DNA of 64,000 nucleotides from Scenedesmus sp. PABB004 (lineage: Eukaryota), in the NCBI GenBank assembly GCA_014905635.1, contig JABVCE010000011.1:496001-560000 (forward strand), given 5' to 3'. The notes under the pieces were generated by a model. That model saw nothing but the letters and a program-made list of their open reading frames with translations. It was not told where the DNA came from and did not search any database. The first letter of the stretch is position 1, and the number at the start of each line of letters is the position of its first letter. Positions 48,985-62,200 of the stretch are shown here, in pieces. The translations under genes were made by a program, and so were the position numbers.

Positions 48985-49473
48985 ACCACGCCGGCGCACG
49001 AGGAGTAGCCTTGACCTTGAGTAGCCGCCCGAGTCGTGCCCGCCCGCGCGCGCGCAGAGCGGGAGGCCGCGCGCGCGCGCAAAGTTGACGGCGGCCTGCA
49101 CGTCGCCCTCCGACTCGGCGCGCACGATGAGCGCCGGCGGCGGCCGCGCAGCGTTGTAATAGGTGTTGATGGGCTCCACGTACTTGCGCGCCGCGTCAAA
49201 CGCCGCCTCGCCGGGCAGCAGGACGGCGCCGCGCACGGCCTTTTTGAGCCGCTTCACGTCGGCGTCACCGGCGTGGAGCGGGGCGGCGCTGGCGCCCGGC
49301 GCCGCGCCAGGCCCGGCGGCGGCACCGGGCCGGCCGCTGCTGCTGCTGGCCGCCGCCGCCGCCTTGCGATCGCCGTCCGTGCCGGCCTTCGCCGGCCCGG
49401 CGGCCTGGCACAGAGCTCCGTGCGCCAGTGCCAGGAGGATCGCGGCCGCAATGGCCCGAGGGCCGCGTGCCAT
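48985..49473 (-). pseudogene. 3'-truncated BBE oxidase fragment (chimeric, exon 1 only)
   Basis: Same as 44653-45141. Confidence 0.9.
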
Positions 49474-49736
49474 GTCGGCAGCCCTGCCGGCAGCCTCTGC
49501 CGAGCACCAGCAGCGATGGCGGCCGCTGACGGCACCGTAGCACGATGGCGACAGCACTGGGCTCGCGCCGTACTCGTGAACGCTGGCGGCGCGTCCTCAT
49601 CACCACGCCCCCTCGAGTGCCGAGTTCTCAATGCGCCCCACGGCATGGTCCTCCGCGCGCGACCGACGGCGGCAGTCGCGATCTCGGCTTTGGCCCTGCG
49701 TGAGCTGTTCTGGCGGCACGAAGCACGCTCAGAGCC

Positions 49737-51941
49737 ATGGCGCGGCCTGCTGCTGAAGTAGTGTGGGGTGTCCTCCTGTGCGCCCTGCTGGCCGGGATGG
49801 TCGCTGCGCAAGGCCCCGCAGGTGCGTCAGGAGAGTGCTACCCGACCATGGCTCTCGCGTGGCAGGACGCGGCGTGGGCGCGCCAGGCCCGGGCCGAACG
49901 ATCCGCGCATGGGCGTCCACCGCCCCGCGCGCCCTCCAACCCCGCGCGCCTCCGCCGCGCCCCCTCTCTCTCGCAGCCAGCGCGGCGGGCGTCACCGCCG
50001 TGCGCGGCGCGTTCCTGGACTATCTGGACGACCCCTTCTACGTCGACGAGAACTCCTCTGTGCGCTGGGTGCCTGACGGCCTGCTGGTCATCGCCAAGAA
50101 CGGCACCATCCTGGCCTTTGGCCCCTACGCCGAGGTGTCCCCCAAGTTCCCCGGCGTCCCCACCACGGCCTACAAGGAGGGCAACGTGATCATGCCCGGC
50201 TTCATCGACACGCACGTGCACTACGTGCAGTCGCGCGTGACCGGCGCGTACGGCCTCCACAAGTGCGCCGCCTGCGCCGCCGCCGCGCGGGGTGGCTGCC
50301 GCGCCGTGCCGAGCCACGCGACGCGCGCGCTGCGCGCGGGCCGGCCGACCGCGCCGCGCCTACACCCCAAGGCCATCCGACCCCGCCGCGCTAAACCCGC
50401 AGGCCCGAGTGGCTTCAGGCCTACATCTTCCCCGAGGAGATCAAATGCAAGAACGCGAGCTACGCCCGTACCGTGGCCAACTGGTTCCTCGACGAGATGC
50501 TCCGCGCCGGCACGACGACGGTGCAGAGGTGCGCGCGCGCAGCGGGCGCGCGCGCGGCGGGCGGGCGCGCGTGGCTGCGCTTGCGGCGGCGCACACGGCG
50601 CGCGCGACGGACGCGTGCGGCCACGCCGCGGCGCCGCTGACGGTCGCCCGCCCGCGCTCGCGGCGCGGCGCAGCTTCACCATGACGGCGCGCATCGCGAC
50701 AGACGTGTTCTTCGAAGAGGCGGCCAAGCGCAACATGCGCGTCATCGCGGGCGTCACGGGCGTGGACCGCCCCGGCGAGGGCCCGCCCGGCTACACCGAC
50801 ACGGCCGCCCAGTTTGAGCGCGACTCGGTCGCGATGTACAACAAGTGGCACGGCAAGGGCCGCGCCCTATACGCCGTGACGCCGCGCTACGCGCCCGGCG
50901 TGACGAACGCGCTGCTCGCCAAGGCGGGCCACCTGTTCAAGACGCTCCCCGGGGTCTACATGAATACCCACCTCGCCGAGGTCACCGCTGACGTTGAGAC
51001 CGTGAAGAAGCTTTTCCCTAACGCGACCGATTATTACAGTGCGCGCTGCATCAGCACCGGGCCGCGCCGGCGCGCGCCATCTTGCTTGGGGCCAAGGGTT
51101 TGGACACCGAGCGGCCCGCGCCGACGCCGCGCGCCGACGCGCGCGCGCTGACGCCCCACTCGCCCGCCGCGCCGACGCCCTCGCGACGCGCCGCGCCGCG
51201 CCGCGCCGCGCAGACGTGTTTGAGATGCACGGGCTCGTCGGCCCTCGCACGACGTTCGGCCACAGCATTTACCTGTCTCCCAGCGAGTTTGAGCGCATGA
51301 GCAAGCAGGGGTCGGGCATCTCCTTCTGCCCGGCGTCCAACCTCTTCCTTGGCAGCGGCCTGTTCAAGCTCGCGACCGCCAAGGGCACCAAGACGCCCGT
51401 GCGCGTCGGCCTCGGCACCGACATGGCCGGCGGCGACTACTTCAGCCAGCTCAAGGTGGGCGGCCCCTCACCCTCGGGCGCGCGCGCCGCGCGCCGCGCT
51501 CCGGCGCCCCGCCAGCGCCCCGGGGCACGCGCGGCGTCCTGCGCGTGCTGCACTGCCCCCCCCCCCACCCCACCCACACACCACCACCACCACCACCACC
51601 ACCGCCACCACAAGGTGCTGAACAACGGCTACAAGGTCGCGATGCTGCAGAACTACCCGGTGTCTGGGCTGAAGCTCCTCTTCCTCCCCACGCTCGGCGC
51701 TGCGCGCGCGCTCTATCTCGACGACCGCCTCGGCTCGTTCACGCCCGGGCGCGAGGCCGACTTTGTGGTGCTCAACGCCACGGGCACGCGCGAGCTCGCA
51801 TTCCGCGCCAACGGCAACGTCACGATCGGCACCGACCGTGACCGGCTCGAGTTCCTCATGTTTGGCGTCGCCGTGCTCGGCGACGAGCGCGTCGTGGCCG
51901 CCACGTACGTCGCCGGCAAGCGCCTGTACAGCGCCGCGTGA
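49737..51941 (+). CDS. guaD: Secreted-type guanine deaminase (amidohydrolase) copy 3; 6 exons
   Basis: Same exons and motifs as copy 2; frame intact. Confidence 0.92.
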
Positions 51942-52595
51942 TCGCGGGTGGCGCCCGGCGCCGCGCGGCGCCCGCGGCGCGGGCCCGCCCGGGGCCGGCG
52001 GCCAGTGGGGGCCCGGACCTGGCCGTCTAGTGCGCGGGCAGGGCAACCTCGGGCCTTTAGTTGCATCTTATGGTATCTAGCGCTGGAGCGCTGGCAAGCT
52101 GACCCACCTAACTCGCTGCAGCGGCATTTTGTTCATACCACTCAATCCCAAGCTGACATCATCGATCTTTACCGTACGAAGGGGCTCGACGGTCTCTCCT
52201 TCACGCATGTGCATGCCAGCATGAACCGCTCATTTAGGGCGCACCTCCACCATCAGCTGTGGGGACCCCAGCGGTGGGCAGCGGATCCTCAACCACCTAC
52301 GGCCTCTGAACGCCACGCAACATCTGCTGGGACCTGCACGCAGCGCTGTCCCACCGCACAGAGCCAGGCCGCCGGCCGGCTGTTTACAAGCGGACCTCGC
52401 ACTTTCCTTGCCTTGATGGGCGCCTGCTCGGGTGGTCGGTGGGTGGGCGGGTGGCCGGTGGGTGGGCGCATGCATTCGGCCACGTGCGAGAGCCTTCCAT
52501 GCCAGAGCCTTCCGTGCCACGTGGCTCGTGCACGGTCAACGGTCATCACCATACCATCATGGGGCAGAGCTGTGTGTGCGTGGTCGTTCCGCTCT

Positions 52596-52915
<320 letters not shown>

Positions 52916-53196
52916 TTGGGGGCCCGCGCGTCCGACAGGGGCCGGCCGGCAGCGGGAGCGGGAGTCGCTGGCGCGGACGCCGGCGGCGCGCCCGGCGGCG
53001 CGCCCGCCGGCGGCGCGCCAGTGGGCGTCCTACTACTACTGTGGGGCGGGGCGGGGACGGCCTGCGGCTGCGCGGTGCTCGCGGGCCTGCCGCAGGCGCG
53101 CGCTGCGCACGCGGTGGCCAGGTTACGGCCCGCCCCGCAATGGCCCGCGCAACTCTCTGCAGCGCTCGCCCGCGCGCGCGTTCACGGGCGCTCCCG

Positions 53197-53710
53197 ACCA
53201 CGCCGGCGCACGAGGAGTAGCCTTGACCTTGAGTAGCCGCCCGAGTCGTGCCCGCCCGCGCGCGCGCAGAGCGGGAGGCCGCGCGCGCGCGCAAAGTTGA
53301 CGGTGGCCTGCACGTCGCCCTCCGACTCGGCACGCACGATGAGCGCCGGCGGCGGCCGCGCAGCGTTGTAATAGGTGTTGATGGGCTCCACGTACTTGCG
53401 CGCCGCGTCAAACGCCGCCTCGCCGGGCAGCAGGACGGCGCCGCGCACGGCCTTCTTGAGCTGCTTCACGTCGGCGTCACCGGCGTGGAGCGGGGCGGCG
53501 CTGGCGCCCGGCGCCGCGCCAGGCCCGGCGGCGGCACCGGGCCCAGCGGCGGCACCGGGCCGGCCGCTGCTGCTGCTGGCCGCCGCCGCCGCCGCCGCCT
53601 GGTGAGCACCGCCCCTGCCCGCCTTCGCAGGCCCGGCAGCTTGGACAAGAGCTCCGCGCGCCAGTGCCAGCGCCAGCAGGATCGTGGCCGCAGCGGCTCC
53701 GTGGCGCGAT
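53197..53710 (-). pseudogene. Diverged BBE paralog fragment (BBE'), truncated at the 3' side and lacking its ATG
   Basis: AAAATILLALALARGALVQAAG...DVKQLKK...DVQATVNF differs from the full gene. The start region is replaced by palindromes. Confidence 0.88.
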
Positions 53711-53802
53711 TGCGATAGCTCCAAGCTTGGAGCTGTCGCACACGTCCGCGCCGACATAAGTCGCCGACTTAAGTCGCCGACTTAAGTCGGCGCGGACGTG
53801 TG
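53711..53802. repeat. Palindrome cluster: a 30-bp palindrome, then 17-bp perfect inverted arms enclosing three tandem 13-mers that contain CGACTTAAGTCG
   Basis: tgcgatagctccaag|cttggagctgtcgca; cacacgtccgcgccgac...gtcggcgcggacgtgtg; ccgac(a/t)taagtcg x3. Confidence 0.95.
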
Positions 53803-55008
53803 GCGCGCTGATGGGCCGGAGCGACTGCAGCTCGAAAGGCACAGTCGCTGGGCTGACACTGGCTCGCTCGTGTCGCGCGCAGGCAGCTGAGGCCCCGTCA
53901 GGCGGTGGGGCGGCAGCAGCGCGGCCGGCGGCGCCGGACGGAGAGGGCGTCCCCGGCGTGCGACCTCCGCGTGGACGAACTGGGCGTCCCCTGCGTAGAG
54001 GTGCACGCCGAGCCGTGGCGTGCTGCTGCTGCGTGACCTTCATTTGGTGCTGAGCTGGGCGCGGCTGGCTCGGGGCGCGGCGCGCGCGTGGGTGTGGGCG
54101 GCGGTGGGGGGAGCGTGGGCGGGCTTGCGGCAGGCTTCTTGGTGGTGGGCGGTGCGTGCGGCTGGCCTTTTGGCCGAGCCGCCCGCGGGTCCTGGAGGGG
54201 GTTGGAGCTGGTGGGCGTTGGCCGGCGCGGGGCGGCGGTCGCCGCGGGCCACGGCCCCGCGCGCGACGCCCAGCCGGCGCACGCCGGCCCCGCAGTGTTG
54301 AGTCCACAGAGTCTCCACTAGCCACCCTGCACGGCCTACTCGCGTCTACCGGTCATCCTTCCCCAAGCTCCTAACATTCGGTGCACCACGTCGCAGGGGG
54401 CGCGACTCTGCGAGTGACGGCCGGCGGGGCGCGGCGCGGCGCGGCGTGTGCTGCGTGTGCGCCTGGGCGGGCTTGCCGCGGTTGGTGTGTGGTGCCCCTG
54501 CTGGTGGCGGCCTGCCCCACGTCGTTTGCGTGAGATGAGGCGGGGTTTGCGCTGGTTTTCCCCCGCTGCCCCTGTGGCCCGGTAGGGCCTGCGCGGCGTG
54601 GTTGCACGGGTCAAGAGGACCAGTTACCGTCCTTAAGGGGCGCGGGCCCGATGTGCGCGAGCATACGGGGTAAATGACCTTGACCTTGACCGTCAGACCC
54701 CGCCCTGGCCGCCCCAACGCCCCTCCAAGCACTGCCCTTGCTCCCAGCTGCAGCTCGCCGATCGTGCGCGCGCACCGCAAAGTTGCCTGGCAGCCCATGG
54801 CTCCCTCACAGACCTAGGCAGCCACACGCGGTGCCGTGCGCGTAGTGCGATCTGATGCCTGCCTGGTGCACGCGACGTGCTGACACGCCCTTACTGAGCC
54901 GACACCCGGGGCAGCAAGACGACGGCGGCAGCTGACGGCCGCGCTCCGCCCAGGCCACCACCAACCCACTCCCACCGTTCCACGCAGCCGCTCCATCCCG
55001 CAGAGAGC

Positions 55009-55787
55009 ATGGAAGCTGCGCTCGGCGGTGGCAATGACGGCGCGGTCGGCGGCGGCGGCGGGGCTGACGGCGGCGGCAGCGCAGTCAGCGGGGGCGGCGG
55101 CGGGCCGAGCGCTGCGCCGCTGCCCAAGCCCAAGCCCAAGCCCAAGCCCAAGCCCAAGCCCAAGCCCAAGCCCAAGCCCAAGCCCAAGCCCAAGCCCAAG
55201 CCCAAGCCCAAGCCCAAGCCCAAGCCCAAGCGTGACGTGAGCAAGAACCGCTGCCTCGCACACGGCACACAGTGCAAGCTGGGCTGCTGGGTCACCGCCA
55301 CGCCGGCGCCTGGCGGCGGCGGTTACGAGCTCAAGTTTGGCCAGAACGCGGTCGTGGTCACGCCGGTGTCGGCGCCCGTGATCGCCAAGCCCACGGCGCT
55401 CGCCGACGCAAAGGTCGCGGGCGGCAGCACAGACGTGCCGCTGGTTCTGGGCCGCGTGTGTGACAGGGCACCGCAGGTGCGCGACTCGGGCTGGCGCCAG
55501 CGTGCACGCCCGGGGAGAAGCACCTTTACAACACCGCCGCCGCCGCCGCTGCGCCGCAGAGCAAGCACTTCACGAGGGTGCACGCGGGGAGAATTGGGCA
55601 CCGCGCAGCACGTGGGCCCTCTCCCCCGCCAGCTGCGGACACGCGCTTTGCACGGAAGCGCATCGCCGAGCTCGAGGCCAAGCTGGCTGAGGTTGAGGGG
55701 GAGGCTGTCGCGCTCGCCCTGCAGCTGCTCGGCGCCCCTGCCGTCGCGGGCACGGCCGCCGCCGGCGCCTCGGTCGGCGCGGACTAG
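55009..55787 (+). pseudogene. Degenerate hypothetical gene with (PK)18 tract and a Cys/His-containing segment
   Basis: Protein-like segments RCLAHGTQCKLGCWV... and ADTRFARKRIAELEAKLAEVE, and plausible GT-AG introns, but exon phases do not join without a frameshift. Confidence 0.35.
55123..55230 (+). repeat. (CCCAAG)18 hexamer repeat
   Basis: 108 bp perfect repeat. Confidence 0.97.
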
Positions 55788-56259
55788 ACCGCCGCGCGCG
55801 AGCGCAGCCACGCAGCTGCTGAGGGCAGCGAGTCGAAGCGCGCGCGGCGACTGCCTCTCCGCTTCGACGACCGAGGCGGGGAGGGGCGGGGGCCAGCGGC
55901 TGGCGCGGCGCGGCGGCCCGCTCCAGCCGCGGCGTGATCGGAGCTCACGCGCAGGCTGGAGGCGCAGGAGCTGCTGGACGCGCAGCGCCGCCCCCGGCGG
56001 GATGCAGCGCTGGTGCTCCGGGCCTGCGTGCGGGGCTGGCGTGCGTGGCGCGCGGCGCGGCAGCGGGGCGAGGTGCCAGCCCTGCAGCAGCAGCAGCCGG
56101 GGCTCGCTGCCGCTGTCGGCGCGGGCAGGAGTCGCCGGCGCCGGCGCGCCCCGCCGGCGCGCCAGCGGGCGCACTACTTGGCTGCGGCTGTGCGGTGCTC
56201 GAGCTCCCGGCAGCGCCCGCTTGCGCGCGCGTTTGCGGCTGCTCCGCCACGGATCAGCG

Positions 56260-58640
56260 CCGCCGCTCGCGGCGGCTTCGACGCCATCGCGCTCGACGGT
56301 GCTGGCGATCAGGAGGAGGAGGAGCTGGCGCAGCAGATGGCAGCGTTTGACGCATGAGGCCGCCTCGCCGTGCAACTGGCATGCTTACGAGCGCACACGT
56401 AAGCAAGCGCCGCACAACCTCAACGCGCAGCTGCCTGCAGCGGCCGCACGACCCGCCAGCGCGCACAAGGCAGGCGCTGGCCGCCGCCCGCCGCGTTTAT
56501 CGCACTCATCCTCTCACTCACACGTCCTCGCTGCCGGAAGGCCTAGGCTGCACCGCTGTCGCCAAGAACCAGCCGGGCCGCGCGATGCCAAGTGGGCGCG
56601 CCTCTGCCACCGCGCCCGCCCACATCGCGCACTGGCCCTCGTTCGCCACCGACACAAACACCTCCTGCACAAACCGCAGCGCGCGCAGCCACGCCTGTGC
56701 ATCCTTCTTGCGCAGCTCGAGCCCCAACAGTTCCAGCCAAGCAGTGCGCAGCACGGTCATGCGCGCCATGCCCATCACCCCGGCTGGCGTGCACGCGCTG
56801 CCGGCCGGCACGCGCAGCAGCAGTTCGGTGACCTGTGTCGCCGCGGCCAGCGCCGCCACCTGCGCGTCGTCGCTGGCTGACAGATCCAACATGCGCAGCC
56901 CCTTGCGGCCGGCCAGGCCGCGCACCGCCGCCACACGCTCCGCCTGGGCGCCGGCCTCAAAGCTGGGCCCGGCCCATTGCTCGCACGAACACAAATCAAG
57001 TGCCGTCAGCCCGGTGCAGTGCGCGGCCAGCCCCCGAGGGAACAAGAGGCAAACGTGGTGACACGGGTGCCGTTGACATTGACACGGGTGCCGTTGTCAA
57101 TGTGTAATGCACCGCAAACAGAAGGTCTCGCAGGCCGGTGCAGGCGCCGATGGCGGGCACGCCCTGGTGATCGCACACGAGAGGCAGCTGAAGCTGCGTG
57201 AGCGCCGGGAGGCTCGCCAGGAAGCCATAGTGCTGCGTGCGGCGCAGAGTGCCCACATCAACAACGAGGCTCGCCAGGCCGTTGATGGCGGTCAGTGCCG
57301 GCAGGTGGCGCAGCGTGACGGCTGGGTGCACGTCCTGGTCAAAGCGCACCGCGACGCGCGTGAGCTGCGTCGCCAGGCCGACTGCCCGCCACGCGGCGTC
57401 CCTGCCCTCCCAGCCGCTGCCGAGCGCCAGCTGCAGCGACCGCAGGCCTGGCAGCTGCGCTGCCACTGCTGAGACCGCCGGTGCAATGGCCGCCGGCTCG
57501 CTGGCGGCGGCGCTGGCCGCCGCGTCCAGGCGCAGCGAGGTGAGCCGCGGCAGCCTGCAGGTGCAGGGGCGGGCAGGTGTGGCGGCGCGGAGGGTGAGCC
57601 GCCTCCCACGTGGAGTCACCTGGATGCCTGCTTGCCGCACGCGCGCGCGCCACCTGCAAGACACCGGCACGCCCCTCCAGGCCGACCGCGCGCCGGCGCG
57701 CGCCGCCGCTGCTCACCTCGCCAGCGCGGCCAGCAGTGTCGCCAGCGGCGCGCCGGCGTCGCCGGGACTGCCGAGGGCGAAAGCCACCTCGCTGCAGCCG
57801 GTGAAGCGCTGCCCCAGGCGCCAGCGTGGCCGCGGGCGCGCAGTCGGCGGCGCGCATCGACAGCGCCGCCGCGCTGCTCTGCACGAGCCGCCGCGCCTCC
57901 CTGCAGGCCAGCGCGAACGCAGGAGCGCTTCCTTTGTCCGCCCGCAGCTTTGGCAGCAGCGCCTCCGCCCACACGCCGTCGTCCAGCGCCGCGAGCGCGC
58001 ACAGCAGCGGGCTCGCTCCGTCGTCGGGCGGCGGCGCGCCGCGCCGGGCGCGCGCGCGGGTCAACATGGCGCCTTCTGGCACGCCGCGGGAGTCCGGAGC
58101 GCTGCCGGGGCGGGGCGGAGTGTGGACTGCTCGGCGCGCGCAGGCTGCTGCGTGCGGCGCGGTGCGACGGCGGCGCAGGGGCTCAAGCCGCGGCGGGGCG
58201 GGGCGGGCCGCGACGGGCTGGAGGCCGCCGCTGCTGTGCGTGTCCTTGGGCAGGTGCGGTGGCCTGGCGGCGGTCGCTGGCGGCCGGCGGCTGGTGCACA
58301 GCACGCGGGCCGCGCTGGCCAGGGCGGCTGCGCCCGCTCGCCAAGGCTCGACCATCCCCACCCCAGCCCGCGCGCCCTAGTCAGGGCCCCTGCCGGCGGG
58401 GGCAGACTGGGCGGGGCGGCCTGCGGCTGTGCGGTGCTCGCGGCCCTGCCGCAGGCGCGCGCAGCGCACGCGCACGGTGGCCAGGTTACGGCCCGCCGCC
58501 GCGGCCCACGCAACTCTCCGCAACGCCCGCTCTCACGCACGCCTTCAGGGCAGCTCCCACGTCTCCGCGCACGCCTCGTCGGACATGTCCACAGCGTGCA
58601 CGTCGGGCAGGCCGCCGCAGCCGCCCACCGCGCCGCCGCT
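56260..58640 (+). repeat. Segmental duplication copy B
   Basis: Aligns with 35420-38420; nearly identical over ~57343-58025. Confidence 0.9.
56518..58067 (-). pseudogene. F-box-like/LRR protein copy B; same exon-1 frameshift as copy A plus an internal deletion with filler at ~57035-57080
   Basis: Lacks the VWPTLGEAEC...WTPATL block present in copy A. Confidence 0.82.
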
Positions 58641-59250
58641 GACGGCGTTGGCGGGCCACGGAGCCTCGGCTGGTGGCTCCTTGGCTCAGGCGGCTCCAGA
58701 GCGGCGAGCCGCGCGGCGGCGGGGTCAGCCGCGTCGGCTGCGCGCCGCTGCGCCTCGTGCGCCGCCTACGCGGCGTCGCCGCCGGCGGGCTCTGGCGCGT
58801 CGCCGGGCTCACCCTGGCGCTCCGGCAGCGACGTGTAGCGAGCGGACGCGGGCGGCCGGCGCGCGGGCAGCCGGCGCGTGGGCGGCCGGCGCGGGGCGCG
58901 CCGCGCCGTCGCCGAGCCGGCGGCGGGTGGCAGCCGGAGCATCATCGGTGCGTGCTGCGACCGAGAGCGGAGCAGGCGGACGCGGCGCGGTTGTTGTGCT
59001 TGGCGGCGGCGGCGCGGGCGCCCCGGGCGGCCGTCAAAGCCCTACGTCGCGGCGCAGGCCCGTCAGCCCCCGGCGTGCCACTGGCCAAACACTGATCGGT
59101 GGAGGAGCGCGCCGCCTGGGTGCAGCAGCAGGGGGCCGGCGGCAGCAGCAGCGGCAGCAGCGGCAGGCGCGGCGGCGGCATCCCCAGCCCGCGCGCGCAC
59201 CTGCCCCACGCCGCGCGGCCGGCAGCTCACGGCCAGCTCACAGCCCCGCC

Positions 59251-62200
59251 ATGAGCCTGCCGCGGCCCATCGCGGGCGGCGCGCAGCGCCAGTGGCAGCA
59301 GGAGGATGACAACGACGAGCGCGTTGCCATCTCCATACCGGGCAGCCAGCACGACCGGGGCGGCATCGCGTTCGGCACGCCCAGCTCCTCCAGATCCGGC
59401 TGGGCCGCCGCGCGCCTGGCGGTGCGCTGCACTGCTGGCACTGGTCCGCCGCTCTGCCCCGCCGCCGCGCCGCTCGCCGCCGCGCCGCGCCGCGCCGCGC
59501 GCCCGCAGCCGACGCGCCGCGCCCGCCGCAGGCGGCCGAGGAGCACGGCAGCCTGGCGCGCAGCTTCAACCCGGGCAGCTTCGTGGCGGGGCACTCGGTC
59601 TTCTCCCGCGCGGCGGCCGGCGGCGGCGGCGGCGGCGCGCGCGGCCACGGGCGCAGCTCGCTCGACGGCCCCCCGCGCTGAGCCGGCAGCCCTCGGGCGG
59701 CGGCATCTACCTGGGGCTGGAGCCGGGGCTGTCCAGCCCGCTGCTGGAGCACGGCCTGGCGGGGCCGCGCGGCGCGGCGGCGGCGCCCGTCCCCGCGTCC
59801 CCGCCGCCGCGCGCCGCCGAGGCGCCCGGCGTCGTCGCGTTTGCCTCGCCCGAGCCCGGCGCGCCGGCGCTGCCGCCCGGCGCCGGCAGCCCGGCGCCGG
59901 CGCCCGGCGCGGCGGCCGCGGCCGCGCCGGCCGCGGCCGCGCCGGGCGAGGGCGCGGGCGGCAAGCGGCGCGGCGGGTCGCTGCGCAACGACGTGATCTA
60001 CGGCATCATCAACGCCGTCGTGGGCATACCCACCATGATCAGCTTCGCCGCCATCGTGTACCAGGCGCGCCGCGCGGCGCAGCGCCGCAGCGCGGTGGCA
60101 GGCGCCCCGCCGACGTCGCCGCCGCGCCGGCGCCCTTGCCCGCACCGCCCGCCGCCACCACGCCGCCGCCCTCCCGCCGTCTCACGAGCGCGCCGCCACG
60201 CCCCTCGCCTCCCCCCGTCCCCTTCCTTCCTCTCTCTCTTCTTTGCCCCCCATCATGAACGCACACAGGACCCCATCTACAAGCCCCTGCTGGGGCAGCT
60301 CGCGCGCATCGCCTTTTTCAGCGCCGCGGTGCACCAGGCCGTCTTCACCGCGTGCAGCACGCTGCCGTTTGCGGTGGGGCAGCCCCAGGACGTGGGCCTC
60401 ATCTTCCTCAGCGCCATGGCCACAGGCGTCGCAGACATCGGGCGAGACCAGGCGCGCTCGCGCCGCCGGCGGCGGCGGCGCCGGGGCGGCGGCGGCGGCG
60501 GCGGGACCACGGCGGGGAGCGCGGCGGGGACCGCAGCGGCGGGCGGCGCGGCGCGGCGGCCGCGGGCCGTGGGGCGCGGGCGCCGACGCGGCCGGCCGGC
60601 GCCCCTCCGCCTCCGCCGCCCTCCCCCGCCCCGTGGCAGGGGCTGAGTGACAAGGTCATCGTCGGCACCGCGCTGCTCACGCTCACAGTCGCCACGGTCG
60701 TCGTCGGCCTGCTCACGGTCGCCGTCGGTGCGCCGCGCCCCGCCCCGCTGGCGCCCCGCCCGCGCCCCGCGGCGGCGGCGGCGGCCTTGGCGGTGCTGCC
60801 GCAGGCGCGGCGGCGGCCCTGCCGCCCCTCGCGCGCCCCGACCCGCCGCCCGCCGCTCCCTCCGCCCGTCCCTCTACCCCTCCCCCAGCCAAGTTCAGGC
60901 TCGCCACGCTCGTGCAGTACGTCCCCCTGCCCGTGGTGCGCGCGGCGCCCTGGCACCGCCGCCGCTTCCATCGCGCCGTGCCGCGCCGCGCAGCGGGCTC
61001 TGCGTGCCTCGAGACCCCTCTGACCTCTGACCCCACTCTTTAAACCCTCCATAGGTCGGAGGCTACCTGGGGTATGTTGGCTACTTCTGCCTGGTGGGTG
61101 GCGGCGGGGGGCGTGGGTCTGTGCGTGTGTGGGTGCAGGGGGCGTGGACGCGGGCGCAGCGAGGCTCGCGCGCCTCGGCGGCGAGCCTGGTGCGCCCCGC
61201 GCCGCGCCCCGCGCCGCGCGCAGGCCGCCGGCATCGGCCTGGGCTCCAACGTGCAGATCGGGTCGTTCACCAGCTGGGGGCAGCTGCTCGACCACGGTGC
61301 GCTGCGCGCGCCCGCCGCCGGCCCGCTGCCGCACCCGCTCGGCCGTTGCCCGCGCGCCCACCCCCCTTCTCCCCACCCCCGCGCTCACACGCGCACCCAC
61401 CCACACGCACCCACACAATGCAGACGCGCTCATCAAGTTTGTGCCCACGTTTGCCGCGGCGCTGGTGCTGTGGGCGTGCATGACGCGCGCGCGCTCGCCC
61501 TGGGCGCTGCCCATCACGCTCGCGGCCGTGCCGGCGGCGTTCCACGCCTACCTGCTGGTCAGCGGGACGAGCCTCGCGGACGCGCAGGACGCGGGCTGGG
61601 TGCTCAAGCCCCAGGTGTGCGACGCGGCGCGCGGCGCGCGCTGGCCCACGGGTCCTGAACACTCTCTGTCAGGGAGAGCCGGGGGCCCCGCCGCATAGCG
61701 CACGTCCGCCTCCCTCCCCCCAGCACACTGCCCGACGCTCGCCGCTGCCGCCGCGGGGCGCGCCGCGCCGCCGCAGGGCAAGGCGACGGAGCAGTTCTGG
61801 GAGCTGTACGAGCTCTGTGAGCCGCGCGCCCGCGCCGCACCGCACCGCGCCGCACCGCACCCCGCCCGTTCCGCCCTCTCACGCCCTCTCATGCCCCCCC
61901 CCCCCCCCCCCTGCACACTCACACGCGCACACGCGCACGTGCGCACACACGCACAGTCAACATCAGGGACCTCGAGTTTGACGGCGTCAGCCTCGGCGCG
62001 CTCGCCCGCCAGGCGCCCAAGATGCTGGGCCTCTTCTTCGTGGTCGTCTTTGGCTCCTGCCTCGACGTCGCCGCGATCCAGGCGCGGGCAGCGGCGCGGG
62101 CAACGCTGCGCGCGCGCGCGCGGGCCGCGCCGCGCGCCCTTCACCTGTCACATCGCTCACCAATCAAAACTTGCCAATCAATCACTCACTCAACCAATCA

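Noticed and set aside
53751..53789. CRISPR-like array of palindromic repeats
   Set aside because: Units are 13 bp and directly adjacent, with no spacers and no cas genes, in a eukaryotic context.
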